Of a stretch of 64,000 bases of DNA, positions 39,501 to 52,800 are shown piece after piece. Source of the DNA: Eledone cirrhosa (lineage: Eukaryota); assembly GCA_964016885.1 (NCBI GenBank), contig OZ024741.1, forward strand, positions 251,038,001 to 251,102,000, in the 5' to 3' direction. Position 1 is the stretch's first letter; every line of letters begins with the position of its first letter. The translations under genes and the position numbers were made by a program. The notes below the pieces were generated by a model, which was given only the letters and a program-made list of their open reading frames with translations, was not told the DNA's origin and did no database searches.

Positions 39501-42253
39501 TCCAGCCAGCGAAGGGGAGATAATTTTTTTTTAAAAATCTCTGGGAGATTTGTAAAAAAAATCAGGGGGAGATAATTTGTAAAATGAATCAAGGGGAGAT
39601 AATTTCCAGCCGTCCAAAGAGAGATAATTTCTAGCCGTCCAAGGGGAGATAATTTCCAGCCAAGGGGAGATAATTTCCAGCCGTCCAAGAGGAGATAATT
39701 TTTTTAAATATCAGGTGGAGATAATTTGTAAAAAAAATCAGGGGGAGATAATTTGTAAAAACAAAATCAAGGGCAGATAATTTCCAGCCGTCCAAGGGGA
39801 GATAATTTCCAGCCGTGCAAGGGGAGATAATTTGTAAAAAAAATCAGGGGGAGATAATTTCCAGCCGTCCAAGGGGAGATAATTTTCAGCCGTCCAAGGA
39901 GAGGTAATTTCTAGCCGTCCAAGGGGAGATAATTTCCAGCCGTGCAAGGGGAGATAATTTCCAGCCGTCCAAGGGGAGATAATTTCCATCCTTCCAAGGG
40001 GAGATAATTTCCAGCCGTCCAAGGGGAGATAATTTCCATCCAGCCAAGGGGAGATAATTTAAAAAAAATCAGGCGGAGATAATTTGTAAAAAAAAAAATC
40101 AGGGGGAGATAATTTGTAAAAAAAAATCAGGGGGAGCTAATTTGTAAAAAAATATCAGGGGGAGATAATTTCCAGCCAGCCAAGGGGAGATAATTTCCAG
40201 CCAGCCAAGGGGAGATAATTTCCAGCCAGCCAAGGGGAGATATTTGTAAAAAAAAATCAGGGAGAGACAATTCGTAAAAAAAAAATCAGGGGTAGATAAT
40301 TTGTAGAAGAAATCAAGGGGAGATAATTTCCAGCCGTCCAAGGGGAGATAATTTCCATCCAGCCAAGGGGAGATCATTTTTTTAAAAAAATGAGGCGGAG
40401 ATAATTTGTAAAAAAAAATCAGGGTGAGATAATTAGTAAAAAAATCAAGGGGAGATAATTCCCAGCCGTCCAAGGGGAGATAATTTCCAGCCCTACAAGC
40501 GGCTATAATTTCCAGCCGTCCAAAGGAAGATAATTTCCAGCCAGCGAAGGGGAGATAATTTTTTTTTAAATTAGGGGGAGATTTGTAAAAAAAATCAGGG
40601 GGAGATAATTTGTAAAAAAAATCAAGGGGAAATAATTTCCAGCCGTCCAAGGGGAGATAATTTCCAGCCGTCCAAGGAGAGGTAATATCTAGCCGTCCAA
40701 GGGGAGATAATTTCCAGCCGTCCAAGGGGAGATAATTTCCAGCCGTCCAAGGGGAGATAATTTCCAGCCGTCCAAGGAGACATAATTTCCAGCCGTCCAA
40801 GGAGAGGTAATTTCTAGCCGTCCAAGGGGAGATAATTTCCAGCCTCCAAGGGGAGATAATTTCCAGCCAGCCAAGGGGAGATAATTTGTAAAAAAAAATC
40901 AGGAGATAATTTGTAAAAAAAAAATCAGGGGGAGATAATTTGTAAAAAAAATCAGGGGGAGATAATTTGTAAAAAAAAATCAGGGGGAGATAATTTGTAA
41001 AAAAAATCAAGGGGAGATAATTTCCAGCCGTCCAAGGGGATATAATTTTCAGCCGTCCAAGGAGAGGTAATTTCTAGCCGTCCAAGGGGAGATAATTTCC
41101 AGCCGTCCAAGGAGAGATAATTTCCAGCCGTCCAAGGGGAGATAATTTTTAAAAAAATCAGGTGGAGATAATTTGTAAAAAAAAAATCAGGGGGAGATAA
41201 TTTGTAAAAAAAAATCAGGGGGAGATAATTTGTAAAAAAAATCAAGGGGAGATAATTTCCAGCCGTCCAAGGGAAGATAATTTCCAGCCCTCCAAGGGAA
41301 GATAACTTCCAGCCCTCCAAGGGGCTATAATTTCCAGCGTCCAAGGGGAGATAATTTCCAGCCAGCGAAGGGGAGATAATTTTTTTTAAAAAATCACTGG
41401 GAGATTTGTAAAAAAAATCAGGGGGAGATAATTTGTAAAAAAAATCAAGGGGAGATAATTTCCAGCCGTCCAAAGAGAGATAATTTCTAAACGTCCAAGG
41501 GGAGATAATTTCCAGCCAAGGGGAGATAATTTCCAGCCGTCCAAGGGGAGATAATTTTTTAAAAAATCAGGTGGAGATAATTTGTAAAAAAAATCAGGGG
41601 GAGATAATTTGTAAAAACAAAATCAAGGGCAGATAATTTCCAGCTGTCCAAGGGGAGATAGTTTCCAGCCGTCCAAGGGGAGATAATTTCCCGCCAGCCA
41701 AGGGAAGATAATATTTAAAAAAATCAGGCGGAGATAATTTGTAAAAAAATAATCAGGGGCAGATAATTTGTAAAAAAAAATCAGGGGGAGATAATTTGTA
41801 TACAAAATCAAGGGGAGATAATTTCCAGCCGTCCAAGGCGAGATAATTTACAGCCGTCCAAGGGGAGATAATTTACAGCTGTCCAAGGAGAGGGAATTTC
41901 TAGGCGTCCAAGGGGAGATAATTTCCAGCCGTCCAAGGGGAGATAATTTCCAGCCAGCGAAGGGGAGATAATTTCCAGCCAGCCAAGGGGAGATATTTGT
42001 AAAAAAAATCAGGGAGAGATAATTTGTAAAAAAAAAATCAGGGCCAGATAATTTGTAGAAGACATAAAGGGGAGATAATTTCCAGCCGTCCAAGGGGCGA
42101 AAATTTCCATCCAGCCAAGGGGAGATAATTTTTAAAAAAAAATCAGGCGGAGATAATTTGTAAAAAAAAATCAGGGGGAGATAATTTGTAAAAAAAATCA
42201 AGAGGAGATAATTTCCAGCCGTCCAAGGGAAGATAATTTCCAGCCCTCCAAGG
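36535..42253 (+). repeat. Near-tandem duplication, period ~2911-2963 bp (36535-39290 and 39446-42253)
   Basis: ORF offsets are 2911 (36827/39738), 2936 (37753/40689) and 2961-2962 (37991/40952, 38661/41623). Shared caaggtgct, atctctggg, ggggatata and ctaaacgtcc. Confidence 0.9.
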
Positions 42254-44519
42254 GGCTATAATTTCCAGCGTCCAAGGGGAGATAATTTCCAGCCAGCGAA
42301 GGGGAGATAATTTTTTTTTAAAAATCACTGGGAGATTTGTAAAAAAAATCAGGGGGAGATAATTTGTAAAAAAAATCAAGGGGAGATAATTTCCAGCCGT
42401 CCAAAGAGAGATAATTTCTAGCCGTCCAAGGGGAGATAATTTGCAGCCAACGGGAGATAATTTCCAGCCGTCCAAGGGGAGATAATTTTTTCAAAAATCA
42501 GGAGATAATTTGTAAAAAAAATCAGGGGGAGATAATTTGTAAAAACAAAATCAAGGGCAGATAATTTCCAGCCGTCCAAGGGGAGATAATTTCCAGCCGT
42601 GCAAGGGGAGATAATTTGTAAAAAAAATCAGGGGGAGATAATTTCCATCCAGCCAAGGGGAGATAATTTCAAAAAAATCAGGCGGAGATAATTTGTAAAA
42701 AAAAAAATCAGGGGGAGATAATTTGGAAAAAAATATCAGGGGGAGATAATTTGTAAAAAAAATCAAGGGGAGATAATTTCCAGCCGTCCAAGGGGAGATA
42801 ATTTCCAGCCAGCGAAGAGGAGATAATTTTTTTTTTTAAATCAGGGGTAGATTGGTAAAAAAAAATCACGGGGAGATAATTTGTAAAAAAATCAAGGGGA
42901 GATAATTTCCAGCCGTCGAAGGAGAGATAATTTATAGCCGTCCAAGGGGAGATAATTTCCAGCAAGCCAAAGGAGATAATTTTTTTTAAAAATCAGACGG
43001 AGATGATTTGTAAAAAAAATCAGGTGGAGATAATTTGTTAAAAAAAATCATGGGGCGATAATTTCCAGCCGTCCAAGGGGAGATAATTTCCAGCCGTCCA
43101 AGGGGAGATAATTTTTTTTTTTAAATCAGGGGAGATAATTTGTAAAAAAAATCAGGGGGAGATAATTTGTGAAAAAAATCAGGAGGAGATAATTTGTAAA
43201 AAAAAATCAGGGGGAGCTAATTTAAAAAAATATCAGGGGGAGATAATTTCCAGCCAGCCAAGGGGAGATAATTTCCAGCCAGCCAAGGGGAGATAATTTG
43301 TAAAAAAAATCAATGGGAGATAATTTCCAGCCGTCCAAGGGGAGATAATTTCCAGCCGTCCAAGGGGAGATAATTTTTAAAAAATAATCAGGCGGAGATA
43401 AGTTGTAAAAAAAATCAGGGGGAAATAATTTGTAAAAAAAAATCAGGGGGAGATAATTTGTAAAAAGAATCAAGGGGAAATAATTTCCAGCCGTCCAAAG
43501 AGAGATAATTTCTAGCCGTCCAAGGGGAGATAATTTCCAGCCAAGGGGAGATAATTTCCAGCCGTCCAAGGGGAGATAATTTCCAGCCGTGCAAGGGGAG
43601 ATAATTTCCAGCCGTCCAAGGGGAGATAATTTCCATCCTTCCAAAGGGAGATAATTTCCAGCCGTCCAAGGGCAGATAATTTCCCGCCAGCCAAGGGAAG
43701 ATAATATTTTAAAAAATCAGGCGGAGATAATTTGTAAAAAAAATCAGGGGGAGATAATTTGTAAAAAAATCAGGGGGAGATAATTTGTAAAAAAAAATCA
43801 GGGGGAGATAATTTGTAAAAAAAAAATCAGGGGGAGATAATTTGTAAAAAAAAAATCAGGGGGAGATAATTTGTAAAAAAAATCAGGCGGAGATAATTTG
43901 TAAAAAAAATCAAGGGGAGATAATTTCCAGCCGTCCAAAGAGAGATAATTTCTAGCCGTCCAAGGGGAGATAATTTCCAGCCAAGGGGAGATAATTTCCA
44001 GCCGTCCAAGGGGAGATAATTTTTTAAAAAATCAGGTGGAGATAATTTGTAAAAAAAATCAGGGGAACATAATTTGTAAAAACAAAATCAAGGGCAGATA
44101 ATTTCCAGCAGTGCAAGGGGAGATAATTTCCAGCAGTGCAAGGGGAGATAATTTCCAGCCGTCCAAGGGGAGATAATTTCCATCCTTCCAAGGGGAGATA
44201 ATTTCCAGGCGTCCAAGGGGAGATAATTTCCCGCCAGCCAAGGGAAGATAATATTTAAAAAAATCAGGCGGAGATAATTTGTAAAAAAAATCAGGGGGAG
44301 ATAATTTGTAAAAAAATCAGGGGGAAATAATTTGTAAAAAAAAACAGGGGGAGATAATTTGTAAAAAAAAATCAGGGGGAGATAATTTGGAAAAAAAAAT
44401 CAGGGGTAGATAATTTGGAAAAAAAAATCAGGGGGAGATAATTTGTAAAAAAAAATCAGGGGGAGATAATTTGTAAAAAAATCAAGGGGAGATAATTTCC
44501 AGCCGTCCAAGCGGAGATA

Positions 44520-47500
44520 ATTTTCAGCCGTCCAAGGAGAGGTAATTTCTAGCCGTTCAAGGGGAGATAATTTCCAGCCGTCCAAGGGGAGATAATTTCC
44601 AGCCGTCCAAGGGGAGATAATTTTAAAAAAAAATCAGGCGGAGCTAATTTGTAAAAAAATAATCAGGGGCAGATAATTTGTAAAAAAAAATCAGGGGGAG
44701 ATAATTTGTATACAAAATCAAGGGGAGATAATTTCCAACCGTCCAAGGGGAGATAATTTACAGCTGTCCAAGGAGAGGTAATTTCTAGGCGTCCAAGGGT
44801 AGATAATTTCCAGCCGTCCAAGGGGAGATAATTTCCAGCCAGCCAAGGGGAGATAATTTCCAGCCAGCCAAGGGGAGATATTTGTAAAAAAAAATCAGGG
44901 AGAGATAATTTGTAAAAAAAAAATCAGGGGTAGATAATTTGTAGAAGACATAAAGGTGAGATAATTTCCAGCCGTCCAAGGGGAGAAAATTTACATCCAG
45001 CCAAGGGGAGATAATTTTTTAAAAAAAATCAGGCGGAGATAATTTGTAAAAAAAAATCAGGGGGAGATAATTTCCAGCCGTCCAAGGGGAGATAATTTCC
45101 AGCCCTACAAGCAGCTATAATTTCCAGCCGTCCAAAGGGAGATAATTTCCAGCCAGCGAAGGGGAGATAATTTTTTTTTAAATTAGGGGGAGATTTGCAA
45201 AAAAAATCAGGGGGAGATAATTTGTAAAAAAAATCAAGGGGAAATAATTTCCAGACGTCCAAGGGGAGATAATTTCCAGCCGTCCAAGGAGAGATAATTT
45301 CCAGCCGTCCAAGGGGAGATAATTTCCAGCCGTTCAAGGGGAGATGATTTCCAGCCGTCCAAGGAGAGGTAATTTCTAGCCGTCCAAGGGGAGATAATTT
45401 CCAGCCGTCCAAGGGGAGATAAATTCCAGCCTCCAAAGGGAGATAATTTCCAGCCAGCCAAGGGGAGATAATTTGTAAAAAAATCAGGGGGAGATAATTT
45501 GTAAAAAAAAATCAGGGGGAGATAATTTGTAAAAAAAATCAGGGGGAGATAATTTGTAAAAAAAAATCAGGGGGAGATAATTTGTAAAAAAAATCAAGGG
45601 GAGATAATTTCCAGCCGTCCAAGGGGAGATAATTTTCAGCCGTCCAAGGAGAGGTAAGTTCTAGCCGTCCAAGGGGAGATAATTTCCAGCCGTCCAAGGG
45701 TAGATAATTTCCAGCCGTCCAAGGGGAGATAATTTTTTTAAAAAAATCAGGCGGAGATAATTTGTAAAAAAAAAATCAGGGGGAGATAATTTGTAAAAAA
45801 AAATCGGGGAGATAATTTGTAAAAAAAAATCAGGGGGAGATAATATGTAAAAAAAATCAAGGGGAGATAATTTCCAGCCGTCCAAGGGAAGATAATTTCC
45901 AGCCCTCCAAGGGGCTATAATTTCCAGCGTCCAAGGGGAGATAATTTCCAGCCAGCGAAAGGGAGATAATTTTTTTTAAAAAATCACTGTGAGATTTGTA
46001 AAAAAAATCAGGGGGAGATAATTTGTAAAAAAAAAATCAGGGGAGATAATTTGTAAAAAAAATCAGGCGGAGATAATTTGTAAAAAAAATCAAGGGGAGA
46101 TAATTTTCAGCCGTCCAAGGAGAGGTAATTTCTAGCCGTCCAAGGGGAGATAATTTCCAGCCGTCCAAGGGGAGATAATTTCCAGCCGTCCAAGGGGAGA
46201 TAATTTTTTTTAAAAAATCAGGCGGAGATAATTTGTAAAAAAAAAATCAGGGGGAGATAATTTGTAAAAAAAAATCAGGGGGAGATAATTTGTAAAAAAA
46301 TCAAGGGGAGATAATTTCCAGCCGTCCAAGGGAAGATAATTTCCAGCCTCCAAGGGGCTATAATTTCCAGCGTCCAAGGGGAGATAATTTCCAGCCAGCG
46401 AAGGGGAGATAATTTTTTTTTAAAAATCACTGGGAGATTTGTAAAAAAAATCAGGGGGAGATAATTTGTAAAAAGAATCAAGGGGAGATAATTTCCAGCC
46501 GTCCAAAGAGAGATAATTTCAAGCCGTGCAAGGGGAGATAATTTCCAGCCGTCCAAGGGGAGATAATTTTTTTAAATATCAGGTGGAGATAATTTGTAAA
46601 AAAAATCAGGGGGAGATAATTTGTAAAAACAAAATCAAGGGCAGATAATTTCCAGCCGTCCAAGGGGAGATAATTTCCAGCCGTGCAAGGGGAGATAATT
46701 TGTAAAAAAAATCAGGGGGAGATAATTTCCAGCCGTCCAAGGGGAGATAATTTTCAGCCGTCCAAGGAGAGGTAATTTCTAGCCGTCCAAGGGAAGATAA
46801 TTTCCAGCCGTGCAAGGGGAGATAATTTCCAGCCGTCCAAGGGGAGATAATTTCCATCCTTCCAAGGGGAGATAATTTCCAGTCGTCCAAGGGGAGATAA
46901 TTTCCAGCCGTTCAAGGGGAGATAATTTCTAGCCGTCCAAGGGGAGATAATTTCCAGCCGTCCAAGGGGAGATAAATTCCAGCCTCCAAGGGGAGATAAT
47001 TTCCACCCAGCCAAGGGGAGATAATTTGTAAAAAAATCAGGGGGAGATAATTTGTAAAAAAAAATCAGGGGGAGATAATTTGTAAAAAAAATCAGGGGTG
47101 ATAATATGTAAAAAAAATCAAGGGGAGATAATTTCCAGCCGTCCAAGGGAAGATAATTTCCAGCCCTCCAAGGGGCTATAATTTCCAGCGTCCAAGGGGA
47201 GGTAATTTCCAGCCAGCGAAGAGGAGATAATTTTTTTTTAAAAATCACTGGGAGATTTGTAAAAAAAATCAGGGGGAGATAATTTGTAAAAAAAATCAAG
47301 GGGAGATAATTTCCAGCCGTCCAAAGAGAGATAATTTCTAGCCGTCCAAGGGGAGATAATTTCCAGCCAAGGGGAGATAATTTCCAGCCGTCCAAGGGGA
47401 GATAATTTTTTTAAATATCAGGTGGAGATAATTTGTAAAAAAAATCAGGGGGAGATAATTTGTAAAAACAAAATCAAGGGCAGATAATTTCCAGCCGTCC

Positions 47501-49490
47501 AAGGGGAGATAATTTCCAGCCGTGCAAGGGGAGATAATTTGTAAAAAAAATCAGGGGGAGATAATTTCCAGCCGTCCAAGGGGAAATAATTTTCAGCCGT
47601 CCAAGGAGAGGTAATTTCTAGCCGTCCAAGGGGAGATAATTTCCAGCCGTGCAAGGGGAGATAATTTCCAGCCGTCCAAGGGGAGATAATTTCCATCCTT
47701 CCAAGGGGAGATAATTTCCAGGCGTCCAAGGGGAGATAATTTCCCGCCAGCCAAGGGAAGATAATATTTAAAAAAATCAGGCGGAGATAATTTGTAAAAT
47801 AAATCAGGGGGAGATAATTTGTAAAAAAATCAGGGGGAAATAATTTGTAAAAAAAAACAGGGGGAGATAATTTCCAGCCGTCCAAGGGGAGATAATTTTC
47901 AGCCGTCCAAGGAGAGGTAATTTCTAGCCGTTCAAGGGGAGATAATTTCCAGCCGTCCAAGGGGAGATAATTTCCAGCCGTCCAAGGGGAGATAATTTTA
48001 AAAAAAAATCAGGCGGAGCTAATTTGTAAAAAAATAATCAGGGGCAGATAATTTGTAAAAAAAAATCAGGGGGAGATAATTTGTATACAAAATCAAGGGG
48101 AGATAATTTCCAACCGTCCAAGGCGAGATAATTTCCAGCCGTCCAAGGGGAGATAATTTACAGCTGTCCAAGGAGAGGTAATTTCTAGGCGTCCAAGGGG
48201 AGATAATTTCCAGCCGTCCAAGGGGAGATAATTTCCAGCCAGCCAAGGGGAGATAATTTCCAGCCAGCCAAGGGGAGATATTTGTAAAAAAAATCAGGGA
48301 GAGATAATTTGTAAAAAAAAAATCAGGGGTAGATAATTTGTAGAAGACATAAAGGTGAGATAATTTCCAGCCGTCCAAGGGGAGAAAATTTACATCCAGC
48401 CAAGGGGAGATAATTTTTTTAAAAAAATCAGGCGGAGATAATTTGTAAAAAAAAATCAGGGGGAGATAATTTCCAGCCGTCCAAGGGGAGATAATTTGCA
48501 GCCCTACAAGCAGCTATAATTTCCAGCCGTCCAAAGGGAGATAATTTCCAGCCAGCGAAGGGGAGATAATTTTTTTTTAAATTAGGGGGAGATTTGCAAA
48601 AAAAATCAGGGGGAGATAATTTGTAAAAAAAAATCAAGGGGAAATAATTTCCAGCCGTCCAAGGGGAGATAATTTCCAGCCGTCCAAGGGGAGATAATTT
48701 CCAGCCGTCCAAGGAGAGTTAATTTCTAGCCGTCCAAGGGGAGATAATTTCCAGCCGTCCAAGGGGAGATAATTTCCAGCCGTCCAACGGGAGATAATTT
48801 CCAGCCGTTCAAGGGGAGATGATTTCCAGCCGTCCAAGGAGAGGTAATTTCTAGCCGTCCAAGGGGAGATAATTTCCAGCCGTCCAAGGGGAGATAAATT
48901 CCAGCCTCCAAGGGGAAATAATTTCCAGCCAGCCAAGGGGAGATAATTTGTAAAAAAATCAGGGGGAGATAATTTGTAAAAAAAAATCAGGGGGAGATAA
49001 TTTGTAAAAAAAAATCAGGGGGAGATAATTTGTAAAAAAAAATCAGGGGGAGATAATTTGTAAAAAAAATCAAGGGGAGATAATTTCCAGCCGTCCAAGG
49101 GGAGATAATTTTCAGCCGTCCAAGGAGAGGTAATTTCTAGCCGTCCAAGGGGAGATAATTTCCAGCCGTCCAAGGGTAGATAATTTCCAGCCGTCCAAGG
49201 GGAGATAATTTTTTTAAAAAAGATCAGGCGGAGATAATTTGTAAAAAAAAAATCAGGGGGAGATAATTTGTAAAAAAAAATCGGGGAGATAATTTGTAAA
49301 AAAATATCAGGGGGAGATAATATGTAAAAAAAATCAAGGGGAGATAATTTCCAGCCGTCCAAGGGAAGATAATTTCCAGCCCTCCAAGGGGCTATAATTT
49401 CCAGCGTCCAAGGGGAGATAATTTCCAGCCAGCGAAAGGGAGATAATTTTTTTAAAAAAATCACTGTGAGATTTGTAAAAAAAATCAGGC
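44520..49490 (+). repeat. Direct duplication 44520-46010 / 47895-49490 (offset ~3375-3477)
   Basis: Shared ttccaaccg, taaaggtgag, tttacatcc, gatttgcaaa, gagatgattt and cagcgaaaggg/cactgtgag. ORF pair 45029/48428. Confidence 0.87.
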
Positions 49491-49800
49491 GTAGATAATT
49501 TGTAAAAAAAATCAAGGGGAGATAATTTCCAGCCGTCCAAGGGGAGATAATTTCCAGCCGTGCAAGGGGAGATAATTTCCAGCCGTCCAAGGGAAGATAA
49601 TTTCCATCCTTCCAAGGGGAGATAATTTCCAGCCGTCCAAGGGGAGATTATTTCCCGCCAGCCAAGGTAAGATAATATTTAAAAAAATCAGGCGGAGATA
49701 ATTTGTAAAATAAATCAGTGGGAGATAATTTGTAAAAAAAAAATCAGGGGGAGATAATTTGTAAAAAAAAATCAGGCGGAGATAATTTGTAAAAAAAATC

Positions 49801-52800
49801 AAGGGGAGATAATTTCCAGCCGTTCAAGGGGAGATAATTTCTAGCCGTCCAAGGGGAGATAATTTCCAGCCGTCCAAGGGGAGATAAATTCCAGCCTCCA
49901 AGGGGAGATAATTTGTAAAAAAATCAGGGGGAGATAATTTGTAAAAAAAAATCAGGGGGAGATAATTTGTAAAAAAAAATCAGGGGTGATAATATGTAAA
50001 AAAAATCAAGGGGAGATAATTTCCAGCCGTCCAAGGGAAGATAATTTCCAGCCCTCCAAGGGGCTATAATTTCCAGCGTCCAAGGGGGGGTAATTTCCAG
50101 CCAGCGAAGGGGAGATAATTTTTTTTAAAAAATCACTGGGAGATTTGTAAAAGAAATCAGGGGGAGATAATTTGTAAAAAAAATCAAGGGGAGATAATTT
50201 CCAGCCGTCCAAAGAGAGATAATTTCTAGCCGTCCAAGGGGAGATAATTTCCAGCCAAGGGGAGATAATTTCCAGCCGTCCAAGGGGAGATAATTTTTTT
50301 AAATATCAGTTGGAGATAATTTGTAAAAAAAATCAGGGGGAGATAATTTGTAAAAACAAAATCAAGGGCAGATAATTTCCAGCCGTCCAAGGGGAGATAA
50401 TTTCCAGCCGTGCAAGGGGAGATAATTTGTAAAAAAATCAGGGGGAGATAATTTCCAGCCGTCCAAGGGGAGATAATTTTCAGCCGTCCAAGGAGAGGTA
50501 ATTTCTAGCCGTCCAAGGGGAGATAATTTCCAGCCGTGCAAGGGGAGATAATTTCCAGCCAGCCAAGGGGAGATAATTTCCAGCCAGCCAAGGGGAGATA
50601 ATTTCCACCCGTCCAAGGGGAGATAATTTCCATCCAGCCAAGGGGAAATAATTTTAAAACAATCAGGCGGAGATAATTTGTAAAAAAAAAAATCAGGGGG
50701 AGATAATTTGTAAAAAAAAATCAGGGGGAGCTAATTTGTAAAAAAATATCAGGGGGAGATAATTTCCAGCCAGCCAAGGGGAGATAATTTCCAGCCAGCC
50801 AAGGGGAGATAATTTGTAAAAAAAATCAATGGGAGATAATTTCCAGCCGTCCAAGGGGAGATAATTTCCAGCCAGCCAACGGGAGATAATTTCCAGCCAG
50901 CCAAGGGGAGATATTTGTAAAAAAAAATCAGGGAGAGATAATTTGTAAAAAAAAAATCAGGGGTAGATAATTTGTAGAAGAAATCAAGGGGAGATAATTT
51001 CCAGCGGTCCAAGGGGAGATAATTTCCATCCAGCCAAGGGGAGATAATTTTTTTTTAAATATGAGGCGGAGATAATTTGTAAAAAAAAATCAGGGTGAGA
51101 TAATTAGTAAAAAAATCAAGGGGAGATAATTCCCAGCCGTCCAAGGGGAGATAATTTCCAGCCCTAAAAGCGGCTATAATTTCCAACCGTCCAAAGGAAG
51201 ATAATTTCCAGCCAGCGAAGGGGAGATAATTTTTTTTTAAATTAGGGGGAGATTTGTAAAAAAAAATCAGGGGGAGATAATTTGTAAAAAAAATCAAGGG
51301 GAAATAATTTCCAGCCGTCCAAGGGGAGATAATTTCCAGCCGTCCAAGGGCAGATAATTTCCAGCCGTCCAAGGAGAGATAATTTCCAGCCGTCCAAGGG
51401 CAGATAATTTCCAGCCGTCCAAGGAGAGGTAATTTCTAGCCGTCCAAGGGGAGATAATTTCCAGCCTCCAAGGGGAGATAATTTCCAGCCAGCCAAGGGG
51501 AGATAATTTGAAAAAAAAATCAGGAGATAATTTGTAAAAAAAAATCAGGAGGAGATAATTTGTAAAAAAAAATCAGGGGGAGATAATTTGTAAAAAAAAA
51601 TCAGGGGGAGATAATTTGTAAAAAAAATCAAGGGGAGATAATTTCCAGCCGTCCAAGGGGAGATAATTTTCAGCCGTCCAAGGAGAGGTAATTTCTAGCC
51701 GTCCAAGGGGAGATAATTTCCAGCCGTCCAAAGGGAGATAATTTCCAGCCGTCCAAGGGGAGATAATTTAAAAAAAATCAGGTGGAGATAATTGGTAAAA
51801 AAAAAATCAGGGGGAGATAATTTGTAAAAAAAAATCAGGGGGAGATAATTTGTAAAAAAATCAAGGGGAGATAATTTCCAGCCGTCCAAGGGGAGATAAT
51901 TTCCAGCCAAGGGGAGATAATTTCCAGCCGTCCAAGGGGAGATAATTTTTTAAAAAATCAGGTGGAGATAATTTGTAAAAAAAATCAGGGGAAGATAATT
52001 TGTAAAATCAAAATCAAGGGCAGATAATTTCCAGCCGTCCAAGGGGAGATAATTTCCAGCAGTGCAAGGGGAGATAATTTCCAGCCGTCCAAGGGGATAT
52101 AATTTCCATCCTTCCAAGGGGAGATAATTTCCAGGCGTCCAAGGGGAGATAATTTTCCGCCAGCCAAGGGAAGATCATATTTAAAAAAATCAGGCGGAGA
52201 TAATTTGTAAAAAAAATCAGGGGGAGATAATTTGTAAAAAAATCAGGGTGAAATAATTTGTAAAAAAAAACAGGGGGAGATAATTTGTAAAAAAAAATCA
52301 GGGGGAGAAAATTTGAAAAAAAAATCAGGGGTAGCTAATTTGTAAAAAAAAATCAGGGGGAGATAATTTGTAAAAAAAAAATCAGGGGGAGATAATTTGT
52401 AAAAAGAATCAAGGGGAGATAATTTCCAGCCGTCCAAAGAGAGATAATTTCTAGCCGTCCAAGGGGAGATAATTTCCAGCCGTCCAAGGGGAGATAATTT
52501 GTAAAAAAAATCAGGGGGAGATAATTTCCAGCCGTCCAAGGGGAGATAATTTTCAGCCGTCCAAGGAGAGGTAATTTCTAGCCGTCCAAGGGAAGATAAT
52601 TTCCAGCCGTGCAAGGGGAGATAATTTCCAGCCGTCCAAGGGGAGATAATTTCCATCCTTCCAAGGGGAGATAATTTCCAGCCGTTCAAGGGGAGATAAT
52701 TTCTAGCCGTCCAAGGGGAGATAATTTCCAGCCGTCCAAGGGGAGATAAATTCCAGCCTCCAAGGGGAGATAATTTGTAAAAAAATCAGGGGGAGATAAT